Shown piece after piece: positions 1 through 8,192 of a stretch of 64,000 nt of DNA; the stretch's first letter is position 1; the number at the start of each line of letters is the position of its first letter. Position numbers and translations under genes: made by a program. Origin of the DNA: a virus; the IMG/VR virus record IMGVR_UViG_3300047319_000185, positions 1 to 64,000 of that record. One strand, given 5' to 3'. The notes below the pieces were generated by a model. That model did no database searches, was not told the DNA's origin, and saw only the letters and a program-made list of their open reading frames with translations.

Positions 1-129
1 GTACATGGTCTGAATAGCTGCACCATGTGCGTAATGAAGATCATTTCCTTCGTCATCAGGAGAGATGGTTACCAGAGTTTCAGGAGAGAGCTTTGATAGG
101 ATTTCCATAAGTTCTGCAACAGTCATCAT
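1..129 (-). CDS. hypothetical protein, partial (runs off window start)
   Basis: ATG at 129 just after the stop of the 132..470 gene; reads MMTVAELMEILSKLSPETLVTISPDDEGND, a common small phage protein pattern; not in ORF track. Confidence 0.6.
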   Translation of the reverse strand, partial: MMTVAELMEILSKLSPETLVTISPDDEGNDLHYAHGAAIQTMY

Positions 130-131
130 TT

Positions 132-470
132 CTACCAATTCACCTCTACAAGGTACCTTCCAGCAGGAATCTTTCCTATATTGAACAGGTACTGCATTAT
201 TGATTCACAATTTGGCTCATTGAGATTCTGCATAAAAGGGTACTTCTCCAAGTCGTACAAATCCCCACCAGCAAGCCAGTTGTCAAAGTCTGCGTCAATA
301 TCATCGACAATCCACTCAGATTCGTCAATTTCAAACTTCACTGAGTAATCCTGAGCTGGAAAATCCTCACCCTTATGCAAGTCCCATTCCCTATTCAGGA
401 ATTGATTGGCAAATTCCTGAAGATCATGTGACCAGATAACTGCATATCCACAGCTCATCTTGAGTTCCAT
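132..470 (-). CDS. hypothetical protein
   Basis: 112-aa ORF, tightly packed in minus-strand operon. Confidence 0.75.
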   Translation of the reverse strand: MELKMSCGYAVIWSHDLQEFANQFLNREWDLHKGEDFPAQDYSVKFEIDESEWIVDDIDADFDNWLAGGDLYDLEKYPFMQNLNEPNCESIMQYLFNIGKIPAGRYLVEVNW

Positions 471-598
471 TAAATATCACGCCAGATGAAGGACTTCTTC
501 AGGTGAGGACCGGAAAGAAGCATAACGCGCTGACGAGTAGGCTTTGCCTTGACTGGTGCTGGCTGTCCAACTCGGCTACTACTGTTCGGCTTGCTCAT
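470..598 (-). CDS. small basic hypothetical protein (42 aa)
   Basis: MSKPNSSSRVGQPAPVKAKPTRQRVMLLSGPHLKKSFIWRDI; its TAA overlaps the next ATG; fills a gap; below ORF-track cutoff. Confidence 0.5.
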   Translation of the reverse strand: MSKPNSSSRVGQPAPVKAKPTRQRVMLLSGPHLKKSFIWRDI

Positions 599-815
599 TG
601 TCATTCTCCTCTGGGAAAGTGGTGTACAGGAGTTCTCCGGAAACTACGGCAATCTGGTCCGCACAGTCTGACCAACCCTCTTCGTAATATGATTGGGCAA
701 GAAGGTAGAGGTCTCTGCGAAATTCAGGTGTATCCACTGCTTCAAAAGTATTGGGAAGCTCTGTCTCATTAAATAGTTTAAGAGAAGGCATTCCTCTGAA
801 CGTATACTTACTCAC
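579..815 (-). CDS. hypothetical protein
   Basis: 78-aa ORF with GTGA overlap with thyX stop. Confidence 0.7.
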   Translation of the reverse strand: MSKYTFRGMPSLKLFNETELPNTFEAVDTPEFRRDLYLLAQSYYEEGWSDCADQIAVVSGELLYTTFPEENDNEQAEQ

Positions 816-1537
816 TGAAATGGCTCCTCAGGGAAGCCCTGGAAACTGCCAGGAGCAATCTCACTAAGCTGCTTGAGTAGCTCAGTAGCCAGTTCCCTGA
901 TCTCAGCATCGGCATGGACACTGTAACGCTTGTGCAGCATATCGCGCCAAGCACGCATGTTACCAGTTACAACAATCTTGGTCTCCATTCCCGAAGGCAG
1001 GTAGAACCTTGCTGCTTCCCTTGCCTGCTTCCTAGTCTTACCCTCAGCAAGCAGATTGTCAACTGCAATCTGGTACTCCCAGCCAGCGTTGGTCTCTGAA
1101 ATGGGACCAGCTTCAATATCATCCGCATGGTTCTCACGAATAGCAGGTGGAACAACAAAGTAAGCATCCTGCATGTCCACATACCGCTGAGACAACTCAC
1201 TGAAGCTCAGATGACGGTGCCTAATCAACTCATGTGTACAGTTTCGGCTGATACCTTGAATGTAGAAGGTAGCAGAAGCATGTTCCAGAACAGAGAAGTG
1301 TTCCTGGTTGATAATGTTGTTCAGATAACCATTGTCTGTCTTAGTCTCAGGATTAGGCATTTCCCAAGACTGGTAGCAAGCGCGACCAGCAAAATGGGCT
1401 AGGGTATCAGCATCGAAATTCCGGTCTTCCCAGTGATAGAACTGGTCACGATTATTGAACTGCTTGCCAAACTGGGTATCCAGCAGATCCCGAGGAATAT
1501 CGTGCATTTCCGTGCTTGCAATCAGCGTTACCTTCAC
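812..1537 (-). CDS. thyX: FAD-dependent thymidylate synthase ThyX
   Basis: HFSVLEH, RHRHLSFSELSQRY (RHR-X7-S), REAAR and GNMRAW motifs. Confidence 0.97.
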   Translation of the reverse strand: MKVTLIASTEMHDIPRDLLDTQFGKQFNNRDQFYHWEDRNFDADTLAHFAGRACYQSWEMPNPETKTDNGYLNNIINQEHFSVLEHASATFYIQGISRNCTHELIRHRHLSFSELSQRYVDMQDAYFVVPPAIRENHADDIEAGPISETNAGWEYQIAVDNLLAEGKTRKQAREAARFYLPSGMETKIVVTGNMRAWRDMLHKRYSVHADAEIRELATELLKQLSEIAPGSFQGFPEEPFQ

Positions 1538-1540
1538 TTG

Positions 1541-1705
1541 TTACTTCACCTTTTCGTAGTTGTCAAGGAAATCGGACTTCTTTACAGATACCAGTTCATT
1601 TCGTTCACCGCGAAGGTGGACAATGTTATTAACCCTGTCAACACTGTCCACCGTATACAGCTGCCTAATCATCTTGTGACGATAACGATCACCGCGAGTG
1701 ATCAC
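1541..1705 (-). CDS. small hypothetical protein (54 aa, DUF4222-like beta fold possible)
   Basis: AGGAG RBS then GTG; MITRGDRYRHKMIRQLYTVDSVDRVNNIVHLRGERNELVSVKKSDFLDNYEKVK; not in ORF track. Confidence 0.65.
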   Translation of the reverse strand: MITRGDRYRHKMIRQLYTVDSVDRVNNIVHLRGERNELVSVKKSDFLDNYEKVK

Positions 1706-1713
1706 AATAACTC

Positions 1714-2202
1714 CTAAGTGTTGTACTTGTCGTTCCGTCCCTCAAGACTACTACGGGAAGTTCTACGAGTCAACTCTCTGGATACTGCCTTACCACAGGA
1801 TTCTAAGTGGTTATATATAGCCTTAATCTGATCAGCAAAAGACTCAGAAACTATGAGAGCATAGTCCATCTCTTGAACTTCAGGTTCCAGGGCAACCAGA
1901 GCCTTCGTTTCAGAAACAGTCTTCGCTTTCTTTTGAACTGTGTACTTATCTGTAACAGCCTGTAGTTTACGGGTAGACATTCTAACATCAATAACAGCAA
2001 CTGCCACCTGATATCCGGCATACCCGGTCCAGCTAGTAAACTCACTGAGCAATTCCATCAATTCTCGGTCAGGAAGGTCTGCTAATCCTGCCGGAAGTTC
2101 TGGCTGGCCTTCCAATGGTCTCTGAGGTGCTCTCAGTCCCACTTGGTCTAACTTCTGCTGAGGTGTCCCCCAACCGCTCTGCACTGGACTTCTCTGCGCC
2201 AT
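1714..2202 (-). CDS. putative UvsY-like recombination mediator
   Basis: All-helical ~160-aa protein ending AVSRELTRR; sits downstream of RecA, resolvase and exonuclease; start set at ATG 2202. Confidence 0.5.
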   Translation of the reverse strand: MAQRSPVQSGWGTPQQKLDQVGLRAPQRPLEGQPELPAGLADLPDRELMELLSEFTSWTGYAGYQVAVAVIDVRMSTRKLQAVTDKYTVQKKAKTVSETKALVALEPEVQEMDYALIVSESFADQIKAIYNHLESCGKAVSRELTRRTSRSSLEGRNDKYNT

Positions 2203-3097
2203 AACTCTCACAATCTTTACAACTAGAACCAGTAGAACATTCTGGTGGAGACATAGTGTTGTCAAGCGCCCCAATAATGAAATAGGCTTGTGTAAACAAG
2301 CTATCGCAGAAATTAGGATCGAACTTGACTACGAATTCCTTGACTCCCTGGTTGAACTTTGCTTCATAAATGAAGATGATCTGAGTATAGGGAAGTCCCA
2401 TAAGATCACACAGTCGTAGATAAAGCTGTCCCTGACGAAGATGGGAAGGGAAAGGTTCCTTTATATCCTTCCAGAGACCCTGAAGGTCGATCTTCTGACC
2501 ATCTGTATTGGCCTTGTAGATATCAGGTGCCTCTATTCTAACCGTACCAGCACCCACGGACTTAATTTCGATAAGAGCGTCCAGATGTGGAACAGCACCA
2601 TCTGCATGACCTGCAATAAGATACTGTTCTGCCCGCAAAGGAACCTCGGCATATGTATAGCCTACACGGCTCTTGCATGAGGGACAGCGCTCATCATAAT
2701 AGAAATTGTTCTTGACTGTATAGTCGCATTCCATACAGTTCCAGTTACCCCAGAGAACTCCCATGGCTTCCAGTCGGGACTGCCACTTGGTGTGGATCAT
2801 GTGTCCCTCATCAAAGATGTTGAGGAGCTGGACACCTATATTCTCAGGTGCCTTCAGATAGGGGTTGTCTGCCTCTCTGCAAGCCTTGATGCGAAGGTAG
2901 GTACTTCTGGGACACCAGCCTGTCTTGGCCATCTCAGAAGGGTGTATGATGTCCTGTCGTCTATTAGAAGGACGAGAATGTGCCTTTATCATATGCTGCT
3001 GAATACTTCCAAGAAGAATAGTATCCTTTGCTGCATTTGCATAGTTGGCCATGCGTCCAGTTAGTTTCGGTCCCCAGCCACTGCTGATTGCTGCCAA
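2069..3097 (-). CDS. Cas4-like PD-(D/E)XK exonuclease
   Basis: HPSE..CPR, GHMIH, GHADG..IEIKS, QGQLY motifs, C-terminal C-x5-C-x2-C, inserted CxxC..CxxC ribbon; likely TTG start at 3097 after GAAAGGA. Confidence 0.85.
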   Translation of the reverse strand: MAAISSGWGPKLTGRMANYANAAKDTILLGSIQQHMIKAHSRPSNRRQDIIHPSEMAKTGWCPRSTYLRIKACREADNPYLKAPENIGVQLLNIFDEGHMIHTKWQSRLEAMGVLWGNWNCMECDYTVKNNFYYDERCPSCKSRVGYTYAEVPLRAEQYLIAGHADGAVPHLDALIEIKSVGAGTVRIEAPDIYKANTDGQKIDLQGLWKDIKEPFPSHLRQGQLYLRLCDLMGLPYTQIIFIYEAKFNQGVKEFVVKFDPNFCDSLFTQAYFIIGALDNTMSPPECSTGSSCKDCESYGAEKSSAERLGDTSAEVRPSGTESTSETIGRPARTSGRISRPS

Positions 3098-3399
3098 AGC
3101 TTTCGTTCCTTTCTCAGTTTCGCACGTTCTTCCGGACTCATTCCACCCCATACTCCATAGCGCTCATTGTTCGTCATTGCGAACTCCAAGCAGCTTTCCA
3201 GTAAAGGACAGGGCTTTCCGTCATACGTACCTAAGCAAATGTTCTTTGCATCTTCTGTCTCACTATAGTCAGGTTCATCCTCTGAATCCGAATCACTATA
3301 CCAAGGGTCGTTTCCTCTTGTTGCAGGAAAGGACACACACTTGGCCTGTCTATTAGGATCATCGCTGAACCATGCGGGTGCAACACTACGTAGTTTCAT
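3061..3399 (-). CDS. whiB: WhiB-family transcription factor
   Basis: Four Cys plus GVWGG motif (ERYGVWGGMSPEERAKL); start likely 3399. Confidence 0.93.
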   Translation of the reverse strand: MKLRSVAPAWFSDDPNRQAKCVSFPATRGNDPWYSDSDSEDEPDYSETEDAKNICLGTYDGKPCPLLESCLEFAMTNNERYGVWGGMSPEERAKLRKERKLWQQSAVAGDRN

Positions 3400-3718
3400 T
3401 ACCACTAAAGCCAACCTTTTCGCGTAGTTCAAGATAGTCATCCTTGGACATGATTACCCAAGAATTACCACTGGTCTTGAACTCTACCATAAAGATCGGA
3501 ATTCGTCCATCCATAAGCGCTTGGTTATAGTTCTTCTCTAGTTCCGCATCCTTTAGTGGGTACGATTTGGCCGAAGTTATCTTTAATTCGAATAGTTCGT
3601 CCTCTGTCCGTACATCACTCTTTCTAATCCATCCATTTCCTGAGCCAGAATTGACAGATCCGCCAAGCTCCTTAGCAAGGCGGATCTCCTGTCTCTGGCT
3701 GTCTTTGGTATCAGCCAT
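3386..3718 (-). CDS. Holliday junction resolvase (Hjc-like)
   Basis: E..LAK..GG, SGSG..KSDV, FELK motifs. Confidence 0.8.
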   Translation of the reverse strand: MADTKDSQRQEIRLAKELGGSVNSGSGNGWIRKSDVRTEDELFELKITSAKSYPLKDAELEKNYNQALMDGRIPIFMVEFKTSGNSWVIMSKDDYLELREKVGFSGNETT

Positions 3719-3725
3719 GTGTTCC

Positions 3726-3899
3726 TTAAGAAATAGTAATAAAGTCGTGGGTTTTTACATCCACATTAACAGCCTCATAGTCATACGTACCAGCAGTACA
3801 GTCACAACCACCGGCACCACAAAAACGCTCTAGCTGAATACGAACCTCCTTGTTCATGTCTTCCTTCTCCAGCAGAGCAATCAACTGATGTACCAGCAT
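3726..3899 (-). CDS. hypothetical protein
   Basis: MLVHQLIALLEK... after GAGGA RBS; CxxxxCxC motif. Confidence 0.6.
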   Translation of the reverse strand: MLVHQLIALLEKEDMNKEVRIQLERFCGAGGCDCTAGTYDYEAVNVDVKTHDFITIS

Positions 3900-3926
3900 T
3901 TCTTTTCCTCTCTGCGTGTCCAATAA

Positions 3927-3948
3927 GGCTCCGGATTCCTCCGGAACC
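3927..3948 (-). terminator. GNRA-capped hairpin (terminator or processing site)
   Basis: minus strand GGTTCCGGA-GGAA-TCCGGAGCC followed by TTATT. Confidence 0.5.
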
Positions 3949-3955
3949 ATACAAG

Positions 3956-4246
3956 CTACTCAGCCTCAGTAAACTCGTCCGCAACAACAGTCTTCTTACG
4001 GAAAACCAGTCGGAACGTGTCCTTGATAACACCCACACCAAATCGCAGACCACTCATGATAGGCCACAGCGAAATAGCCAGTGAACGGTACCAGATACAA
4101 AGCAGAAGTCCTAGGTCATTACCAAACTTCTCTCGGTAGTCATCCATACTCATACCACGCTCCATTACAAAGTCAGCAGTGTGAGCCATTCCAATAGCGT
4201 AGAAAATACATGCGATAACCACGCCAGCAATCTCCCAGCCGTTCAT
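3956..4246 (-). CDS. membrane protein
   Basis: Two hydrophobic segments; start MNGWEI after GAGGAGAAGG. Confidence 0.7.
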   Translation of the reverse strand: MNGWEIAGVVIACIFYAIGMAHTADFVMERGMSMDDYREKFGNDLGLLLCIWYRSLAISLWPIMSGLRFGVGVIKDTFRLVFRKKTVVADEFTEAE

Positions 4247-4264
4247 TTCCTTCTCCTCTTCTAA

Positions 4265-4336
4265 GTGACCAGCAAGACCAGGGGACTTTCCGATATGCCT
4301 AAACGCTACGGCAGTACCCCTGACCAAGCTAGTTAC
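4265..4336 (-). other. 72-nt structured intergenic RNA element
   Basis: Nested stems GTaACTAGC/GCTGGTcAC, GGTCAGGGG/CCCCTGGTC and TGCC/GGCA; the G-U pairs form only on the minus strand. Confidence 0.55.
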
Positions 4337-4615
4337 TCAGCTGTTGAACCACTTGTATGCAACTGTAATGATTGCGTCAGCATACTTTCGATCAAGTTCC
4401 TGAACCTCAGGGGAAAGATCACCAAAAGGAATCAGTGACTTGTGATCCGGACGAATCGGGTTCTTCCATACGGACCAGGCATCATGCACATCCCTCAGCG
4501 TGGTATTCACACCCTGAACCAGAACCAGCAGAGAATACAGATCAAGAAGATCCTCATCAATTCCTGGTAGTTCCTTCCGTAGCATATCCCGTACCTGGTT
4601 TACATAGTTAGTCAC
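4337..4615 (-). CDS. RyR-domain-like small protein
   Basis: HDAW....HKSLIPFGDLS.EVQELDR resembles the RyR repeat motif. Confidence 0.55.
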   Translation of the reverse strand: MTNYVNQVRDMLRKELPGIDEDLLDLYSLLVLVQGVNTTLRDVHDAWSVWKNPIRPDHKSLIPFGDLSPEVQELDRKYADAIITVAYKWFNS

Positions 4616-5223
4616 TTAACAGCCTCCCACTTGTGAATGGTGTCGCCCTCTAAAAGGACCTTGTAGCTTGCGTTCAGCTCCCGAAGGTACACTACCATGC
4701 CCTCTGCCTTCCAGCCAAGCATAGCCTTTGAGCCGTGCTTGGTCAAGTCATCCCGAAGTGCAGGTAGATCAAGATCATAGAATGATCCAGCAAACAGAGT
4801 AGGAACGATGTACAGATTGGGAACAGTAGAGAGTGCCTCAGTAGGATGAAGGATCTCGTTCCAACGAGGGGCATTGAAGAGACTGAATCGCTTCTCTTTC
4901 AGACCATACCCGCGCTGAATTCCAGAACCCCACCACTCACCGTAATGGTCACCAGGACCAAGGATGTCAATAAGTTCTGCCGCATTCTCGTCAACCCACT
5001 TAGCAAATCCGAAATTGTCACCTTGCTTGGTCGGCTGAAGGAAACGACTACGAGATTGCGCCCATACCACGTATCCATCTAGGATACCCAGACAATCAGT
5101 GCGGTCGATCTCATCATATGCTGGACGAATACGAATACAGGAATTGGAACCATCAATCTTCTCAGTGACAGTTGCACGCTCCTTGCTCATGCGTGGGATA
5201 CTGGGCCACTTCTGAAATTCCAT
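4612..5223 (-). CDS. RNA ligase (Rnl2-like nucleotidyltransferase domain)
   Basis: TEKIDGSN (KxDG motif I), SR, YGEW, F.LF, EGMVV motifs. Confidence 0.85.
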   Translation of the reverse strand: MEFQKWPSIPRMSKERATVTEKIDGSNSCIRIRPAYDEIDRTDCLGILDGYVVWAQSRSRFLQPTKQGDNFGFAKWVDENAAELIDILGPGDHYGEWWGSGIQRGYGLKEKRFSLFNAPRWNEILHPTEALSTVPNLYIVPTLFAGSFYDLDLPALRDDLTKHGSKAMLGWKAEGMVVYLRELNASYKVLLEGDTIHKWEAVK

Positions 5224-5242
5224 TGTGGTATATACCTCCGAT

Positions 5243-5419
5243 TTAGTAGCTGTTCAGTGCAGACAGTGCAATGGCTCCATCAATAGGATTCAGATGTCCT
5301 CTGCGAATACCCTGATGAATGGATACCCTCAGGCTGTCAATGTCCTCTTGACTAAGGTCAAGGTATAAAAGAATATCCAGAGCATTCTCAGCCTCTTGTA
5401 CTGCATACTCATAGTTCAT
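5243..5419 (-). CDS. small hypothetical protein (58 aa)
   Basis: GGAG RBS then MNYEYAVQEAENALDILL...; not in ORF track. Confidence 0.55.
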   Translation of the reverse strand: MNYEYAVQEAENALDILLYLDLSQEDIDSLRVSIHQGIRRGHLNPIDGAIALSALNSY

Positions 5420-5443
5420 TTAGTACTCCAGATTAGTAGTGTC

Positions 5444-5833
5444 TTACTGTGGTGTCAAGTATGGTGCCAGAATCACTGTAAGATCAGCAGTTGATCCCAG
5501 AGTGTGGGGAATCTGTACACCCTTTGTTGTTCTGGTCAGATTGGTGATGCGTTCTTCAACAATATAAGTGAAGCCTTGTGGAAACAGCTCAGTATTGTCT
5601 GTGCAAGGCAGAGTAATGCTGAATGTTCCTGGACCACTGCTGTTAGGAGATCCTCCCAGAGTTCCAGGAAGTACAGCTTCTATTGGAGGAACTGTCAGGA
5701 ATTGTGCGTCGACTCCATCTGACAGAACAGGGAGAGACGGAATGAATGTAACTGTACCCGTCTCTCCTGCTCCAGAGATAAAGTTTATGTACCGACCAGT
5801 AACCACAATAGTTCTTGCGCCTGTTATGCTCAT
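5444..5833 (-). CDS. hypothetical protein resembling the N-terminal domain of actinophage minor tail proteins
   Basis: GTVTF.P...GTFSITLP.TDN..L.PQGFTY.VEE pattern, beta-rich. Confidence 0.55.
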   Translation of the reverse strand: MSITGARTIVVTGRYINFISGAGETGTVTFIPSLPVLSDGVDAQFLTVPPIEAVLPGTLGGSPNSSGPGTFSITLPCTDNTELFPQGFTYIVEERITNLTRTTKGVQIPHTLGSTADLTVILAPYLTPQ

Positions 5834-6333
5834 GCTTTTCTCTTCTCTAAAAACTCTCCGAGCCAGCTCGTTACAGCATTTAACTCAGCGTATGAATATT
5901 TATCTTTAATAATATTAGCTCTTAAACTAATAACTGCAATGTTACCTGGAATATAGCCTAGCTCAGGTATTACCTTATCCAGGGATGGTGAACTGTCTCC
6001 CTGTTTGCCCTCGTTATGCCGCAGTTTTATGCCTAAAATAGGACATGTTTTTGGAACTATAATATCGGACACAGCTATAGTGAAAGGTGTACCTTCCCTT
6101 GTGGCTCTCTGCTTAGCAGATTTGTAAAGTCTAAGCTCTGAAGACATTTCCCTATGCCGCTTTACCGCTTCAGGGCGGGCGCAGTACTTACATCTACTGG
6201 CCCGCCCAAAAGGAGCACCAAGCCGCTTATGAAATTCTTCAAGAGATTTTATATCTTTACAGCCAGTACATTTTCTGTAACCATCTGGCCATGAATCAAA
6301 CTCTTCTTGAGAAAAGACAAAACGATTAGGCAT
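5830..6333 (-). CDS. HNH-type homing endonuclease
   Basis: CxxC..F..CxxC N-terminus, CPILG..SLDK..GYIPGNIAVIS..AN..K; AT-rich; directly after recA. Confidence 0.85.
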   Translation of the reverse strand: MPNRFVFSQEEFDSWPDGYRKCTGCKDIKSLEEFHKRLGAPFGRASRCKYCARPEAVKRHREMSSELRLYKSAKQRATREGTPFTIAVSDIIVPKTCPILGIKLRHNEGKQGDSSPSLDKVIPELGYIPGNIAVISLRANIIKDKYSYAELNAVTSWLGEFLEKRKA

Positions 6334-6336
6334 AGA

Positions 6337-7389
6337 CTAGTCCTTTGCGGTAGCTCTTTCAAGAGTCGCATCAGCGATCTCTTTCTGTAGCTCAATGTTA
6401 CCGCGAAGGTCTTCCACCATTGAATCTCTACCCTGCCACTTGAACTCTTCGTTGTCAAGTGAGGTGTAGTTGAACCATGCGCCTGCTCTCCTGATGACCT
6501 TGAATACAACAGCCATGGTGATAGTATCACGAAGCATGTCATAGTCACCAGGCTTGAATCCCTTGGCACTGTTCTCAAAGTACATGTCAGCAACAGCAGT
6601 CTTCTGTGGTGCCCCAGCCTTGTTCTTGGTGATCAAGTACTTGACTGTCTGTCCTACCTTGACCTTGCCCAGACCATCAACAGACTCTTCAATCCAGTCA
6701 TCTCTGCCGATCTTCACACGCTGGTAGAACTGATAGTTCTTTGCCTTTCCACCAGGCTCCGTAGTAGGGGTTCCGTAAGGGGAAAAGCCACCGATCTTAT
6801 CGCGGAACTGATTGATGAAGAATCCTACGTAAGGACGGTCATCACTATAGGTATCAGGAATCTTACGGAAGAACTGTCCTACTCGTCTTGCTCCGCCACC
6901 AACAGTAAATCCGTCCATTTCCTTATCCGATTCATCACTTGCAATCAGCGCAGGATATGAATCAAGAACAATGGCATCAAAGACATTCTCACGTCCTGCA
7001 TCAAGGATCTCCTGAAAACAGAGTTCCATATTGTTGTGCTCGAATACTTCTACTCTGTTGTTGTCAACACCATGAGCTTCTGCCCATTCAGGGTTGTAGG
7101 GTTCAGATGCTACCCAGAATGCAGAATAGTTCTTGTCCTTCGCCTGATTGACTGCAATAGTATGCAGAACAGTCGTAGTCTTGCTGGCACTGGATTCCCC
7201 GACTATCTCAATCCATCTGTTAGTAGGCCAACCTCCACCTAAAGCCACATCTAGAGACAGAATTCCAGAAGTCTGGCGTGGTGGAACATAGATTTCACTG
7301 GCACTGATAAGAGGCTTCAAGCCCTTCTTTACAAGAGCCTTGTTCTGCTTTTCCCTGAATAACTTTAACTTCTGTGCCTGGTCTTCCAT
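6337..7389 (-). CDS. recA: RecA/UvsX-like recombinase
   Basis: SGILSLDVALGGGWP, EIVGESSASKTT, IVLDS, FINQFRDKIG, EPGGKA. Confidence 0.95.
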   Translation of the reverse strand: MEDQAQKLKLFREKQNKALVKKGLKPLISASEIYVPPRQTSGILSLDVALGGGWPTNRWIEIVGESSASKTTTVLHTIAVNQAKDKNYSAFWVASEPYNPEWAEAHGVDNNRVEVFEHNNMELCFQEILDAGRENVFDAIVLDSYPALIASDESDKEMDGFTVGGGARRVGQFFRKIPDTYSDDRPYVGFFINQFRDKIGGFSPYGTPTTEPGGKAKNYQFYQRVKIGRDDWIEESVDGLGKVKVGQTVKYLITKNKAGAPQKTAVADMYFENSAKGFKPGDYDMLRDTITMAVVFKVIRRAGAWFNYTSLDNEEFKWQGRDSMVEDLRGNIELQKEIADATLERATAKD

Positions 7390-7407
7390 ACATCTCCCAT
7401 AAATAGA

Positions 7408-7446
7408 GGAAGGGACTGATAGATGTTGAGTCTATCAGTCCCTTCC
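7408..7446. terminator. perfect 16-bp hairpin upstream of recA
   Basis: GGAAGGGACTGATAGA-N7-TCTATCAGTCCCTTCC. Confidence 0.7.
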
Positions 7447-7454
7447 GACACTGT

Positions 7455-7691
7455 CTAGTCCTGCGAATCAAAGTACTCTTGTGCGTTCTTCTTGAAAATT
7501 GCTGTAGATTTTGCTTCCTTCCAGTACTCGACGTGAATCAACACAACAAGTACTACGGAAAGCACAGTAGCCACATAACTTGAGAGCGCATACAGTGAGG
7601 TATACGCACCAGTCTGCACAACCTGGTGATCCCAGTAGGCTGCCGCAGTGGGATAGACAATAGTACGGAACCAAAGCATGAACCTAGTCAT
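7455..7691 (-). CDS. membrane protein
   Basis: MTRFMLWFRTIV..., hydrophobic segments, overlaps the stop of the upstream gene. Confidence 0.55.
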   Translation of the reverse strand: MTRFMLWFRTIVYPTAAAYWDHQVVQTGAYTSLYALSSYVATVLSVVLVVLIHVEYWKEAKSTAIFKKNAQEYFDSQD

Positions 7692-7878
7692 TACTACCAC
7701 CCGTCTCAGCCCAGATACCTGACACAAGCGCCATGGCTACCAGAAAGCCCACTACACTCCAGGAGTATGTGCTCGAACCCTTACTAAGGCTCATTACGAT
7801 ACCGAATCCTGCCCCTGAAGCAGAGACGCGGGAGATAAAACGTAGTGTTGAAACCTTGATGCCCCTTGCTGCCTTCAT
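7684..7878 (-). CDS. small membrane protein
   Basis: MKAARG... TAATG-coupled to HNH stop; two hydrophobic helices. Confidence 0.55.
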   Translation of the reverse strand: MKAARGIKVSTLRFISRVSASGAGFGIVMSLSKGSSTYSWSVVGFLVAMALVSGIWAETGGSND

Positions 7879-8183
7879 TAGCGGCATACCACCTTGTCTC
7901 TGCGGTTACGGTCAATCTTCTTGAGTGTCTTACTACTGGGCTTTTCATACCAGTAGTTGTTGAACTCTACCCGACCAGTCGTATTCGACTTTACCGAGTT
8001 GCACCAGATGTGCGACAGCTGTAGATTTTCCATATCATCACTGCCTCCCCTGGAAACAGGCTTGATATGATCTACATTGCAGTCACGGATATCCGCAAAT
8101 CTGAAACAGATCTGACAGATACCTTCATCCCTCAGATACAGTTCATGCAGAACCCGCATTCCCATACCATGATGGCCGGTCAC
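7878..8183 (-). CDS. HNH endonuclease
   Basis: RDEGICQIC..VDHIKPVSRGGSDDMENLQLSHIWCNSVKS. Confidence 0.92.
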   Translation of the reverse strand: MTGHHGMGMRVLHELYLRDEGICQICFRFADIRDCNVDHIKPVSRGGSDDMENLQLSHIWCNSVKSNTTGRVEFNNYWYEKPSSKTLKKIDRNRRDKVVCR

Positions 8184-8192
8184 TTCTTCCTC

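Noticed and set aside
2069-3097. Cas4 as evidence of a CRISPR-Cas system
   Set aside because: No other cas genes and no repeat-spacer array seen; solo Cas4-like nucleases are routine in phage recombination modules.
7468-7674. Cys-rich 68-aa ORF as a RiPP or metallothionein
   Set aside because: Alternative frame inside the better-coupled membrane gene 7455..7691; no RBS and no modifying enzymes nearby.
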